From Candidatus Parcubacteria bacterium (GTDB lineage Bacteria; Patescibacteriota; Minisyncoccia; Phycocordibacterales; UBA918): a stretch of DNA of 63,331 bases. A program made the translations under genes and the position numbers. Below the pieces are notes generated by a model. The model worked only from the letters and a program-made list of their open reading frames with translations. It had not been told where the DNA came from and searched no databases. The stretch lies in contig JBJOPW010000006.1 in the NCBI GenBank assembly GCA_046050355.1, forward strand, positions 1 through 63,331, written 5' to 3'. Of the stretch, positions 51,583 through 61,691 are shown one piece after another; the stretch's first letter is position 1, and each line of letters opens with the position of its first letter.

Positions 51583-51695
51583 CAGCAAATGACTTCAGAT
51601 TCGAGGCGTCGAGGAGAGGCAACGTGAGGCGTACTCATTGTACGTTGAACGTTACATCGACGAAGACAACAAAGAAGATGGGGTTAGTTGGTGGA
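51583..51695 (-). repeat. stem-closed intergenic module, copy C (reverse orientation, upstream of rpoB)
   Basis: The reverse complement reads TCCACCAACTAACCCCATCTTCTTTGTTGTCTTCG...TCCTCGACGCCTCGAATCTGAAGTCATTTGCTG. Block 2 matches copy B over 14 of 14 nt. Confidence 0.75.
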
Positions 51696-51726
51696 CTCTG
51701 GGGGGCAATATAAGTTTAATAACCTT

Positions 51727-54700
51727 ATGAAGTTAAAGTACGAAGACTACGCCTCAGTGGGTGCGATGGAGCAAAAGACCTTTGCCATCTCACCAGCGCC
51801 AATGATTGAAGTGCCGGACCTCATCGAACCACAACGGGATTCGTTTAAGTGGTTTGTCGAAACAGCCCTTAAGGAGATTTTTACCGAATTCTCACCAATC
51901 ACCGACTACTCAGAAAAGAAGTTTGAACTCCGCTTCAAGAAGTACGAATTGGGTGAAGCTAAGTGTACTCCTGAGTACGCCAAGGAAAACAAGCTCACCT
52001 ACGACGCACCACTCCGGGCTCAGGTGATTTTGAAGAACAAGACTTTTGAATCAGAAAAGGATCAAGAGATGTTCCTCGCTGATATGCCGGTCATGACCGA
52101 AAATGGAACCTTCATCATCAATGGTGTAGAGCGTGTTATCGTGCCACAGCTTGCCCGTAGTTACGGTATTTTCTTTACCGCCAACGAAGTAAAGGGACGC
52201 ACCCTCTTTGGGGCGAAGATCATCCCAGCCCGTGGTGCTTGGGTAGAAATCGAATCAGATGCTGACGGTGTGATTTACGTCAAAATCGATCGCAAGAAGA
52301 AGTTCCCAATTTCTTCACTCCTTCGCGTCCTTGGTCTTGAAAAAGACAAAGACATGATTGACCTCATGAAGGGAGTTCCGCGCGGTGAAGAGTATATGAA
52401 GGCTACCATCGCCAAGGATAGTGCCAAGACCACTGATGATTCGTTCATCGAAATCTACAAGCGTCTCCGCGATGGTGACCTTGCGACTGTCGAGAACGCT
52501 CGCGAATTCGTCCGCTCACTCTTTGCGCCAGAACGCTACGACCTTTCTGAAATTGGTCGCCACCACTTCAACGAACGCTATGGTCTCCCGACTGATGCCA
52601 AGGCCACTGCAGTACGTACTGTGTCTATCGAAGATATGAAGCTGATCTTGAAGAACATCATTGAGATGAATCATGATCCACTGGCTATGCCTGACGATAT
52701 CGATCACCTCGGTTTCCGTCGCGTGCGTTATTTCGGTGAAATGCTCCAACAGCGTGTCCGTGTGGGTATGACTCGCATGAAGCGAAACATTCAGGATCGT
52801 ATGTCAACAATTGAGGCCGAAACCTCACTTCCGATGCAGATCCTCAATCCGCGCCCACTCCAGGCTGCTATTAAGGAGTTCTTCAGTACGAACCAGCTCT
52901 CACAGTTCAGTCAGCAGCAGAACAACCTCGCTGAAATCGAGCACCTCCGTACGCTCTCAGCGCTTGGTCCGGGCGGTCTTACCCGTGAACGAGCCGGCTT
53001 TGAAGTACGTGACGTGCACACCTCACACTACGGTCGCCTTTGTCCAATTCATACTCCAGAAGGTCCAAACATCGGTCTTATCTTGCGTCTTTCAATGTAC
53101 GCCAAGGTCAACCGCTTTGGTATTATCGAAACCCCATACGTGAAGGTAGAAAAGGGTCGTGTCACCGGTGAAGTTGCCTACATGAACGCTCACGAAGAAG
53201 AGAAGTACACGATTGCCCACGCTGCTATCGAACTCGATAAGGACGGCAAGATCAAAGAAAAGTTCGTTGATGCGCGTAAGCGTGGTGACGCGCTTTCAGT
53301 AAAGCGTGAAGACGTAGAATACATGGATGTGGCCACCAACCAAGGCTTCTCAATTGCAACGTCAATGATTCCGTTTTTGAACCACGACGACGCCAACCGT
53401 ACCCTCATGGGTTCTAACATGCAGAAGCAGGCGACTCCGTGTCTTATCACTGAAGCGCCGATTGTGGCGACTGGTGTTGAAGGAGTAGCGGCTCGTGATA
53501 GTGGACGAGTTATCTATGCAGATGAAGCCGGTGAAGTTATTGAATGTGATGCGAATCACATCGTCGTAAAGAACAAAGACGGAAAGAAGAAAGAATACCA
53601 GCTCACCACCCTCCAACGTACCAACGACTTCTCGGCTTTTTACCACCGTCCAGCCGTGACCCTCGGTGATAAGGTTAAACGCGGCGATCTCCTCGCTGAT
53701 ACTACTTCGACAGACCATGGTCAGCTCGCAGTCGGACAGAATGCCCTCGTGGCTTTCATGTCATGGAACGGTGCAAACTACGAAGACGCGATTGTGATCT
53801 CAGAACGGCTCGTAAAGAACAGTAAGTTTGCCAGTATCCACCTCGATGAACTTGAGGTATCTGTCCGTGATACCAAGCTTGGACCAGAAGTGACCACACC
53901 TGATATTCCAAATGTATCTGAGATGAAACTCCGCAATCTCGATGAGAACGGTATCATCCGTATCGGTGCCGAAGTCCGTCCCGGTGATATCCTCGTTGGT
54001 AAAGTAACACCAAAAGGTGAAACTCAGCTCACACCAGAAGAACGACTCCTCCGCAGTATCTTTGGTGAAAAAGCTAAGGATGTGAAGGACACCTCACTGC
54101 GTCTTGAAGCTGGAAAGCGTGGTCGGGTGATTGGGGTCAAAGTATTCTCTCGCGAGAATGGTGACCAGCTCGAAAGTGGTGTTATCAAGCGCATCCACGT
54201 GACAGTCGCTCAGGTACGTAATGTATCAGTGGGAGACAAGCTCGCCGGTCGTCACGGTAACAAGGGTGTTATTTCTCGCATCTTGCCAGAAGAAGATATG
54301 CCATACACCGAAGATGGTCGACCAATCGACATCCTCCTCACGCCACTGGGTGTACCGTCTCGTATGAACCTTGGTCAGATTCTCGAGCTTCACCTCGGTA
54401 TGGCGGCGGGAGCACTCGGTTATCAAGCAGTGGTACCACCATTTGCGGGAGCAAATGAAAACCATGTGAAGGCAGAACTGAAGGCGGCTGGCTTCCCAGA
54501 AGACGGCAAAATCCAACTCCGCGATGGTCGTACTGGTGACAAGTTCGCTCAGAAGACTGCCGTCGGTATCATGTATATCTTGAAGCTCCACCACATGGTG
54601 GAAGACAAGATCCACATGCGATCGATTGGGCCGTACTCGCTCATTACCCAGCAGCCGCTTGGTGGTAAGGCGCAGATCGGTGGTCAGCGCTTCGGAGAAA

Positions 54701-54966
54701 TGGAAGTCTGGGCGCTCCTCGGTTATGGGGCTGCTCATACCCTCCGCGAAATGCTCACGATCAAGTCCGACGACATCGTTGGTCGTTCAGCCGCTTTCGA
54801 TGCGATTGTGCGCGGTGAAAAGATTCCACATCCACACACACCAGCTGCCTTTAATGTGCTTGTGAACCAGCTTCGCGGATTATCACTTGATGTTCGCCTT
54901 GAGAAAGAAGAAGGAGAGCCGCGTCCACGACGTAGTCGAGACGAATCAATTTATGAGACCAATTAA
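51727..54966 (+). CDS. rpoB: DNA-directed RNA polymerase beta subunit
   Basis: Conserved blocks include LIEPQRDSFKWF, GTFIINGVERVIV, NQLSQF, GRLCPIHTPEGPNIGL, GRHGNKGVISRI and QRFGEMEVWAL. ATG 51727 is preferred over the listed TTG 51688, which lies inside a repeat. Confidence 0.95.
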   Translation: MKLKYEDYASVGAMEQKTFAISPAPMIEVPDLIEPQRDSFKWFVETALKEIFTEFSPITDYSEKKFELRFKKYELGEAKCTPEYAKENKLTYDAPLRAQVILKNKTFESEKDQEMFLADMPVMTENGTFIINGVERVIVPQLARSYGIFFTANEVKGRTLFGAKIIPARGAWVEIESDADGVIYVKIDRKKKFPISSLLRVLGLEKDKDMIDLMKGVPRGEEYMKATIAKDSAKTTDDSFIEIYKRLRDGDLATVENAREFVRSLFAPERYDLSEIGRHHFNERYGLPTDAKATAVRTVSIEDMKLILKNIIEMNHDPLAMPDDIDHLGFRRVRYFGEMLQQRVRVGMTRMKRNIQDRMSTIEAETSLPMQILNPRPLQAAIKEFFSTNQLSQFSQQQNNLAEIEHLRTLSALGPGGLTRERAGFEVRDVHTSHYGRLCPIHTPEGPNIGLILRLSMYAKVNRFGIIETPYVKVEKGRVTGEVAYMNAHEEEKYTIAHAAIELDKDGKIKEKFVDARKRGDALSVKREDVEYMDVATNQGFSIATSMIPFLNHDDANRTLMGSNMQKQATPCLITEAPIVATGVEGVAARDSGRVIYADEAGEVIECDANHIVVKNKDGKKKEYQLTTLQRTNDFSAFYHRPAVTLGDKVKRGDLLADTTSTDHGQLAVGQNALVAFMSWNGANYEDAIVISERLVKNSKFASIHLDELEVSVRDTKLGPEVTTPDIPNVSEMKLRNLDENGIIRIGAEVRPGDILVGKVTPKGETQLTPEERLLRSIFGEKAKDVKDTSLRLEAGKRGRVIGVKVFSRENGDQLESGVIKRIHVTVAQVRNVSVGDKLAGRHGNKGVISRILPEEDMPYTEDGRPIDILLTPLGVPSRMNLGQILELHLGMAAGALGYQAVVPPFAGANENHVKAELKAAGFPEDGKIQLRDGRTGDKFAQKTAVGIMYILKLHHMVEDKIHMRSIGPYSLITQQPLGGKAQIGGQRFGEMEVWALLGYGAAHTLREMLTIKSDDIVGRSAAFDAIVRGEKIPHPHTPAAFNVLVNQLRGLSLDVRLEKEEGEPRPRRSRDESIYETN

Positions 54967-54979
54967 TCTTCGCTAGAAT

Positions 54980-57900
54980 ATGTCTACATTTTCACCTAAG
55001 AAGCCGGCTTTGACGCCAAACCAGTTCACGGAGATTGGTCTCAAACTCGCCTCACCGGAAACTATTCTTGAATGGTCATACGGCGAGGTAACCAAACCGG
55101 AAACGATTAACTACCGAACTCAACGCCCAGAAAAGCATGGTCTTTTTGACGAGCGTATCTTTGGACCAGTAGAGGACTACGAGTGTAGTTGTAAGAAGTA
55201 TCGTGGTATCCGCTACAAGGGAATTGTCTGTGAGAAGTGTGGCGTAGAAATCACTCGCGCCATTGTGCGTCGTGAGCGCATGGGCCACATCGATCTCTGC
55301 GTACCAGTGTCTCACATCTGGTTCCTCCGCGGTGTGCCAAGTCGCATTGCGCTCCTCACTGGTATCACTGCCTCAGCTATCGAAAAAGTAATTTACTTTG
55401 CGGGGTATATTGTGACCAAGGTACGTGAAGACGAACGCTCACGTCTCTTAAAGGAACTTGATACTGAGTTCAAAGCCAAGTACAAGGAACTTCAGAATGA
55501 AGACGCTCGTGAGGCTCTCAAGACTCGCATGGAAGACATGAAACGTGAAATTGAAGGCATTGCTGCTGGGTCTGTGCTCGATGAAACCACCTTCCATAAG
55601 TTCTCAATTAAGTACTCAACGCTCTTTGAGGCGAAGATTGGTGCTGAATCAATCTACGAACTCTTCAAGAACCTCGATCTTAACAAGCTCCAGGCTCAGC
55701 TCGAAGGCGAACGCGAAAAGGCAGGCGCGATGGAGCGAGCGAAGCTCGATAAGCGACTCTCACTCGTGAAGGGAATGATTCATGCTGGAGTAAAGCCGGA
55801 GTGGATGTTCCTCACTCGTATCCCGGTGATCCCACCAGCAATTCGTCCGATGGTAGCGCTCGAGGGTGGTCGCCATGCTTCATCTGATCTTAACGACCTC
55901 TATCGCCGTGTAATCAACCGAAACAACCGTCTTAAGAAGCTTATCGATATTATGGCGCCAGACGTGATCTTGCGTAACGAAAAGCGTATCTTGCAAGAAG
56001 CAGTTGATGCCCTGATTGACAATTCGATTCGTCACGGTAACGCCGCTTACTCAGCGCTCGGACAGGCACAGCGCCGACCACTGAAGTCTCTCTCAGATTA
56101 CCTCAAGAGTAAGCAGGGATACTTCCGCCAGAACCTTCTTGGTAAGCGTGTAGACTACTCAGGACGTTCGGTAATTGTGATTGGTCCAGATTTGGCGCTT
56201 GATCAATGTGGTCTCCCGAAGCATATGGCCCTTGAACTCTTCCGTCCGTTTGTGATTGCCGAACTCCTCAAGCAGGAACTCGCGTACAACATTCGAGGAG
56301 CCGGTCGCTTGATTGAAGATGGGGTGCCTGAAGTATGGGCCATTCTTGAAAATATTATTCGAGATAAGCACGTACTTCTTAACCGTGCACCAACGCTGCA
56401 CCGTCAAGGTATCCAGGCGTTTCGACCGGTCTTGATTGAAGGTAACGCAATCCAGGTGCACCCCCTCGTTTGTCGTGCTTTTAACGCCGACTTCGACGGT
56501 GACCAGATGGCGGTACACGTACCATTAGGAGAAGAGGCACAGATGGAAGCGCGTGAGATTATCTCAGCGAACAAGAACATCTTGAAGCCTGGTTCAAGTG
56601 AACCGGTAGTATCAGAAAAGCTCCTTGACCTCGCGCTTGGTGCGTACTGGATGACTAAAGAAGTACCAGGTGCTCTCGGTGAAGGCAAGGCCTTCTCATC
56701 ACCGAACGATGCCATCAATGCCTTTGACTACGGTATTATCGATTTCCGGGCCAAAGTCAAAGTGCTTGCAACTGATACCGAAAAATACAAGCAATTTGAA
56801 GGCAAGATCTTCGAAACTACTGTTGGTCGTCTCTTGTTCAACTCTGTGCTTCCGAGTGACCACTTATTTGTGAATACGCAAGTAACACAAAAAATGCTCT
56901 TCAAGGTCATTATTGACATCATCGATGAACGTGGACCAGAGGCGGTGCCACCAATAGTTGACAAGCTCAAGAAGCTCGGCTTCAAATACGCTACTGTATC
57001 GGGCACCACTTGGGGTATTGATGAAGTAAAGGTGCCAGCAGGGAAGGCGAACATCATCGAAGAGTCTCGTGCTGAAGAGCAGAAAGTGTTCGCTTTCTAC
57101 AACGATGGTCTCATTTCACGAGATGAACGTCGTCGTATGATTGTGGAGATTTGGCACCGTGCGAAGACTCGCCTTGAAAAACTCTTGCCAGAAACACTCA
57201 ATCACAATGGTTCAGCCTTTGAGATGTGGGACTCTGGAGCCCGAGGATCACTCGGACAGATTGCCCAGATGGCGGGTATGAAGGGTCTTATCGTGAACAC
57301 CCGAGGTGAAACCCTCGAGTTCCCAATTCTTTCTTCAATGAAGGAAGGTATGACACCACTTGAATACTTCAACACCACCCACGGTTCTCGTAAGGGGTTG
57401 GCTGACACCGCGCTCCAGACAGCGAAGGCCGGGTACTTGACCCGCCGTCTCTTTGTGGTAGCGCAGGATGCAATTGTGACCGAAGAGGATTGTAAGACGA
57501 AGGAGGGGACCCATATTGGTCGCATTAGTGCTTCTGGTATTGAGATTGCCTTTAGTAAGGCGATCAAGGGTCGTATTCTCGCTGAGGATGCCGTTGATAG
57601 CAAAGGGGCGGTGATTTTCCCGAAGGGACACTTGCTCTCACGTCTTGATGCGATTGCGGTTGAAGAATCTACCTGTAGCGAAGTAATCGTTCGTTCACCA
57701 ATGACCTGTAAAACCCTTCGTGGTGTCTGTCAGAAGTGTTACGGTATTGACCTTACCACGAACAAGATTGTTGATATCGGAGAAGCGGTAGGTACCGTGG
57801 CAGCCCAAGCGATTGGTGAACCAGGTACCCAGCTCACGATGAACACGAAGCATGCTGGTGGAGCGGCGTCTGCCGGTGGAGACGTGACCTCAGGTCTTCC

Positions 57901-58648
57901 CCGTGTAGAAGAAGTCTTCGAAAAGCGTGCCCCAAAGATTCCGGCCGTGGTCTCAAAGTGCGAGGGTGTCATCATGGATATCCGTCGTGAAGGTCGCGAG
58001 TCAGTGATCGTCGTAGCTCCCGACATGGGCGCCAAGGGTGCACCAAAGAAGAAGGACAACATCGAGTACTCGGTACCTTACCGTCGTGTAGTAACGGTAT
58101 CTAAGGGTGATACTGTACGTGCTGGTCAGATTATGACGGACGGTTCAGCACTCCTCCCTGAACTCTTCAAATTTGGTGGACAGGAAGTGGCACAGGAATA
58201 CATCATTTCTGAAGTCGGCCGCATCTACGAACTTCAAGGGGTAACGATTGCGCGTAAGCACATCGAACTCATTGTGAAGCAGATGATGTCTCGAGTAAAG
58301 GTAACGGCTGGCGGCGATAGTCACTTTACAGTTGGCGATGTCGTGGAAGAGTGGATCTTTATCGATGCCAATGCTAAGTTGAAAGCCGATGGTAAAGAGG
58401 TGGCTAAGGCGGAGCGTCTTATTTTGGGTATCACTGAAACATCTCTCTCACGCAAGAGCTTCCTCTCAGCGGCCTCATTCCAGAACACTACTCGTGTGCT
58501 CATCAATGCAGCCGTGAAGGGAAGTGAGGACAATCTCGCCGGCCTCATGGAAAACGTGATCATTGGTAAGCTGATTCCAGCCGGTACCGGCTTTAAGGGT
58601 AGTCGTAAGCATACGATGATAGAAGGATTGAAGAATTCAGCTGACTAG
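54980..58648 (+). CDS. rpoC: DNA-directed RNA polymerase beta' subunit
   Basis: Zinc-binding CSCKKY...[19 protein letters not shown] catalytic motif, and [25 protein letters not shown]. Confidence 0.95.
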   Translation: MSTFSPKKPALTPNQFTEIGLKLASPETILEWSYGEVTKPETINYRTQRPEKHGLFDERIFGPVEDYECSCKKYRGIRYKGIVCEKCGVEITRAIVRRERMGHIDLCVPVSHIWFLRGVPSRIALLTGITASAIEKVIYFAGYIVTKVREDERSRLLKELDTEFKAKYKELQNEDAREALKTRMEDMKREIEGIAAGSVLDETTFHKFSIKYSTLFEAKIGAESIYELFKNLDLNKLQAQLEGEREKAGAMERAKLDKRLSLVKGMIHAGVKPEWMFLTRIPVIPPAIRPMVALEGGRHASSDLNDLYRRVINRNNRLKKLIDIMAPDVILRNEKRILQEAVDALIDNSIRHGNAAYSALGQAQRRPLKSLSDYLKSKQGYFRQNLLGKRVDYSGRSVIVIGPDLALDQCGLPKHMALELFRPFVIAELLKQELAYNIRGAGRLIEDGVPEVWAILENIIRDKHVLLNRAPTLHRQGIQAFRPVLIEGNAIQVHPLVCRAFNADFDGDQMAVHVPLGEEAQMEAREIISANKNILKPGSSEPVVSEKLLDLALGAYWMTKEVPGALGEGKAFSSPNDAINAFDYGIIDFRAKVKVLATDTEKYKQFEGKIFETTVGRLLFNSVLPSDHLFVNTQVTQKMLFKVIIDIIDERGPEAVPPIVDKLKKLGFKYATVSGTTWGIDEVKVPAGKANIIEESRAEEQKVFAFYNDGLISRDERRRMIVEIWHRAKTRLEKLLPETLNHNGSAFEMWDSGARGSLGQIAQMAGMKGLIVNTRGETLEFPILSSMKEGMTPLEYFNTTHGSRKGLADTALQTAKAGYLTRRLFVVAQDAIVTEEDCKTKEGTHIGRISASGIEIAFSKAIKGRILAEDAVDSKGAVIFPKGHLLSRLDAIAVEESTCSEVIVRSPMTCKTLRGVCQKCYGIDLTTNKIVDIGEAVGTVAAQAIGEPGTQLTMNTKHAGGAASAGGDVTSGLPRVEEVFEKRAPKIPAVVSKCEGVIMDIRREGRESVIVVAPDMGAKGAPKKKDNIEYSVPYRRVVTVSKGDTVRAGQIMTDGSALLPELFKFGGQEVAQEYIISEVGRIYELQGVTIARKHIELIVKQMMSRVKVTAGGDSHFTVGDVVEEWIFIDANAKLKADGKEVAKAERLILGITETSLSRKSFLSAASFQNTTRVLINAAVKGSEDNLAGLMENVIIGKLIPAGTGFKGSRKHTMIEGLKNSAD

Positions 58649-58680
58649 TAAGTTATTTGCCCATATAATCTTACATAAAT

Positions 58681-58727
58681 AAACTGCAACAAAACGGTCT
58701 CATTGCGAGACCGTTTTGTTGCAGTTT
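58681..58727. terminator. bidirectional terminator after rpoC and the TrpR-like gene
   Basis: AAACTGCAACAAAACGGTCTC-ATTGC-GAGACCGTTTTGTTGCAGTTT is a 21-bp perfect stem. Confidence 0.85.
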
Positions 58728-58753
58728 AAATACTACTATATATCGTAGTATTT
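58728..58753. promoter_or_regulatory. palindromic operator-like site 1 (downstream of the TrpR-like gene)
   Basis: AAATACTACTATATATCGTAGTATTT has half-sites AAATACTAC/GTAGTATTT. It lies between the rpoC terminator and the stop codon of 58758..59177. Confidence 0.55.
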
Positions 58754-58757
58754 AGAA

Positions 58758-59177
58758 TTAACCTTTTGGCCAAGGAAAGAGAAGAAAATGGAGAGGGTAT
58801 TTCATTTTGAGGGCAGTCAAGCCAAATGGATTATCGCGAGCAATTTGCTTGCGGCGTTCAAGGGTAGTTCGTTTTAATTCACGATCGATGTGTTTACCAT
58901 AATCGGGGAGTAGTCCACGCAGCCACATCTCGACACCGGCAATAGTGCCGTGTCCAACATGTAGTCGCTCACTAATCTCATCGTAGCGCTTATTCTCAAG
59001 AATCATGCGAGAAATCCAGATCCTTCTCCCGAGCATAATCTGCTCGCTTGGTGTGAGGAGGCCTTCGAGGAACTTTTTCATTTGTTTGGTGTTTTTAGCA
59101 GTGTTGGCCGCCTCAAATAGTACCTTACGAGTAAATGCTTGGTCTTCAGGTGATAAATCAGACGGTCTTCTTTTCAT
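58758..59177 (-). CDS. TrpR/YerC/YecD-family DNA-binding protein
   Basis: LLTPSEQIMLGRRIWISRMILENKRYDEISERLHVGHGTIAGV matches the Trp-repressor-like helix-turn-helix family. The gene is flanked by three copies of a palindrome. Confidence 0.75.
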   Translation of the reverse strand: MKRRPSDLSPEDQAFTRKVLFEAANTAKNTKQMKKFLEGLLTPSEQIMLGRRIWISRMILENKRYDEISERLHVGHGTIAGVEMWLRGLLPDYGKHIDRELKRTTLERRKQIARDNPFGLTALKMKYPLHFLLFPWPKG

Positions 59178-59181
59178 AATT

Positions 59182-59207
59182 AAATACTACTATATATAGT
59201 AGTATTT
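59182..59207. promoter_or_regulatory. palindromic operator-like site 2 (5 nt upstream of the TrpR-like start codon)
   Basis: AAATACTACTATATATAGTAGTATTT is a perfect 26-bp palindrome. The perfect palindrome extends to 30 bp at 59180-59209. Confidence 0.6.
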
Positions 59208-59260
59208 AAATAGTGCGGGGTGTGAATTTATAGTTGTAAGACAAAAAGCAGTGGCAAATA

Positions 59261-59284
59261 ATACTACGATATATAGAAGTATTT
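59261..59284. promoter_or_regulatory. palindromic operator-like site 3 (degenerate)
   Basis: ATACTACGATATATAGAAGTATTT has the same half-sites with two substitutions. It lies 54 bp upstream of site 2. Confidence 0.5.
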
Positions 59285-59310
59285 AAAGGATAGGTTCTTG
59301 TGGTTAGTAT

Positions 59311-59348
59311 AAAAAAGCAAAACCCCGCACCGTGTGACTGGGCGGGGT
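59311..59348 (-). terminator. intrinsic terminator of 59368..59793
   Basis: The ACCCCGC/GCGGGGT stem is followed on the minus strand by TTTGCTTTTTT. Confidence 0.65.
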
Positions 59349-59367
59349 CGCCAGTCTCTGTGCGGGA

Positions 59368-59793
59368 TCAGGTTTGGGGTGTTGCCTCTGCCTGTCGATA
59401 GGCGAGGAGCAGTTCAACGGTTCTGCTCGTGACTCCATGCCCACTGCAGAAGCCTCGAAAGTCGACCTCGAATTCGTGCATGATATCAGCGCCCATCTGT
59501 TTAACATCCAACGTTCCTTTCCGGACGGCTTTGATGGTGGCCGCCAGCTCAGGATCGTTCACCTCCAAGAGCATGACCTCTCTCTCCAGTTCAGCGAGAC
59601 CCTTCGGAGTAAACTCGACCATTTCACACAAATCGGATCCTTCATCGAGCATGCGCTCGATCTCGGCGATTCTGTGCATGGTACTGGTTTCAACCAATGC
59701 TTGAGCATTGGAGTCCCCGGACATACCGCTGGCGAGAAGCTTCCGTTTGAGCGCTGTGTAGACACGTGACTTGAGTGTGTCCGGCAATTCCAT
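59368..59793 (-). CDS. hypothetical protein (SD-led, GC-richer)
   Basis: AAGGAG (59801-59806, minus strand) lies 7 nt before ATG 59793. The minus-strand terminator 59311-59348 follows. + strand ORFs of similar length in the same segment lack such signals. Confidence 0.55.
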   Translation of the reverse strand: MELPDTLKSRVYTALKRKLLASGMSGDSNAQALVETSTMHRIAEIERMLDEGSDLCEMVEFTPKGLAELEREVMLLEVNDPELAATIKAVRKGTLDVKQMGADIMHEFEVDFRGFCSGHGVTSRTVELLLAYRQAEATPQT

Positions 59794-59899
59794 TCGCGCT
59801 CTCCTTGATCAGGACCGCCAAATTATAGTATACAATATGGTAAAGTCAATAGCTCACCAAAATATGGTGAATCAGGTATACTGTGGCTACTTTTTAGCT

Positions 59900-61648
59900 A
59901 TGGCCTCGGGTGACTCAGTACAGCAAATCAAAGACCGTCTCAATATCCTCGATATTGTTGGGCAATACGTCGAACTCCACAGGGCAGGAAAGCACTTCAA
60001 AGGCCGTTGCCCTTTCCATCTTGAGAAGTCGCCGTCATTTCATGTCTCACCAGACCGCGGGACGTATCACTGCTTTGGCTGTGGGGTAGGGGGTGACATC
60101 TTTTCGTTTGTGCAGGCGATTGATGGGGTGGAGTTCAAAGAGGCATTAAAGACGCTGGCGCAAAAAGCCGGGGTGGAACTCGTACCCGAAAATCCCGAGC
60201 GCCGCACTGAACGCGATACGCTGTATACCATTATGGAAGCAGCAACGGCATTTTATGAAGCGGAACTCGAAAAGAACACCGAAGCCAAAGCCTATCTCGA
60301 AAAGCGGGGAGTCAGCAAAGAGACGATTAAGAAGTGGCGTATCGGCTATGCTCCGGGACCCCCAACAGGTGGCTGGCGTGAGGTGCGGAGTCACCTTAAC
60401 ACGATTGGACAACCTGACACTCTTATCATCAAGGCCGGTCTCGCCAAGACTGCGGACGAAGGCAAAGAACCCTTTGATGTCTTTCGAGACCGCATTATGT
60501 TCCCGCTCCGGGATGCTAATGGGAAGGTAGTTGCGTTTTCTGGGCGCATCCTCCATCCTGACGATAAGGCGCCAAAGTATGTGAATAGTCCCGAGACCGA
60601 ACTTTTTCACAAATCAGATTTGCTCTACGGGTATGATTTTGCGAAGCATCATATTCGGCAGCTGCCATTTTGGCTCTTGGTCGAAGGGCAGTTTGATGTC
60701 GTCATGAGTCACCAGTGTGGGTATGCGACGGCGGTCGCAGTGTCGGGCACCGCGCTTACGATCCAGCATGTGCAGCAGCTCGAACGGCTCTCGCGCAATG
60801 TGGTCCTGGGTCTTGATACCGATAAGGCGGGGATCAACGCGATGAAGAAGTCGGCCGATATTATGCTTCGGCGTGGCCTTGATGTAAAAGTCGCACGGTT
60901 TGCCGAGGGGGCCGATCCGGCCGATATGGTGCAAAAGGATCTCGCTGGTTTTAAAACAGCTATCAAAGAGTCGGTGCATATTATTGAGTTTCTCTTAGCG
61001 CACCTCAGGCGTGATACCACGGATGATCGTGCGTATAAGCTCAAAGTGCGGGAAGAGGTGATACCGTTTGTCACTCTCATCCCAAATCGTATCGATCAGG
61101 AACATTTTGAGGGAGTGATCGCAGAAGCACTCGGTACTACCAAAGACGCTATTCACTTCGAGGTGATACGCCTTGTTGAAACACAGACTAAAGCGCCAGT
61201 GCCATCATTTGAAAAAACTGAAGCGCCAACCATGGCGCCAGCCGAAACTCGTGATCAACGTGAGAAAGCCCTTGCATACCTTGTTGCTGCGCTTGAGATT
61301 GTCGATGAGCACGAAGCCGGTGTTATCAGGCGATGTCTCCGGCAGATACTCGATACTGACTATGATGAGGTGCTCGGGAATGTTGATCAGTCGCTCGTGT
61401 CAAAATTGACTTTCTCACTCGAGCGAGAGTTTGAGTCAGTCGCCGGGAAGGTGCGACGAGACGAGATTCTTCACAAGCTCAATCGGTATCGTGACCTGGT
61501 GGCGAAAGAGGCGATACAGCAGCTCAGGGCCCGACTGGGCACGGTCTCGGGTGAGGAGGAGGCCGCTCTACTCCAATCTATTGCGCACCATACGACGATG
61601 TTGCGACGCCCCCCATTTAATGATGACATTTTTATTACCGTAATCTAA
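59900..61648 (+). CDS. dnaG: DNA primase
   Basis: CHC2 zinc finger CPFHLEKSPSFHV...YHCFGCG, RNA polymerase domain (FRDRIMFPLRD, PKYVNSPET) and Toprim (LVEGQFDV...GLDTDKAG). ATG 59900 lies 17 nt after TATACT (59877-59882). The listed ORF starts at 59771. Confidence 0.93.
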   Translation: MASGDSVQQIKDRLNILDIVGQYVELHRAGKHFKGRCPFHLEKSPSFHVSPDRGTYHCFGCGVGGDIFSFVQAIDGVEFKEALKTLAQKAGVELVPENPERRTERDTLYTIMEAATAFYEAELEKNTEAKAYLEKRGVSKETIKKWRIGYAPGPPTGGWREVRSHLNTIGQPDTLIIKAGLAKTADEGKEPFDVFRDRIMFPLRDANGKVVAFSGRILHPDDKAPKYVNSPETELFHKSDLLYGYDFAKHHIRQLPFWLLVEGQFDVVMSHQCGYATAVAVSGTALTIQHVQQLERLSRNVVLGLDTDKAGINAMKKSADIMLRRGLDVKVARFAEGADPADMVQKDLAGFKTAIKESVHIIEFLLAHLRRDTTDDRAYKLKVREEVIPFVTLIPNRIDQEHFEGVIAEALGTTKDAIHFEVIRLVETQTKAPVPSFEKTEAPTMAPAETRDQREKALAYLVAALEIVDEHEAGVIRRCLRQILDTDYDEVLGNVDQSLVSKLTFSLEREFESVAGKVRRDEILHKLNRYRDLVAKEAIQQLRARLGTVSGEEEAALLQSIAHHTTMLRRPPFNDDIFITVI

Positions 61649-61691
61649 GGACTGGACAATTTCCCATTTTTCTGTATAGTTGTCCACATCT

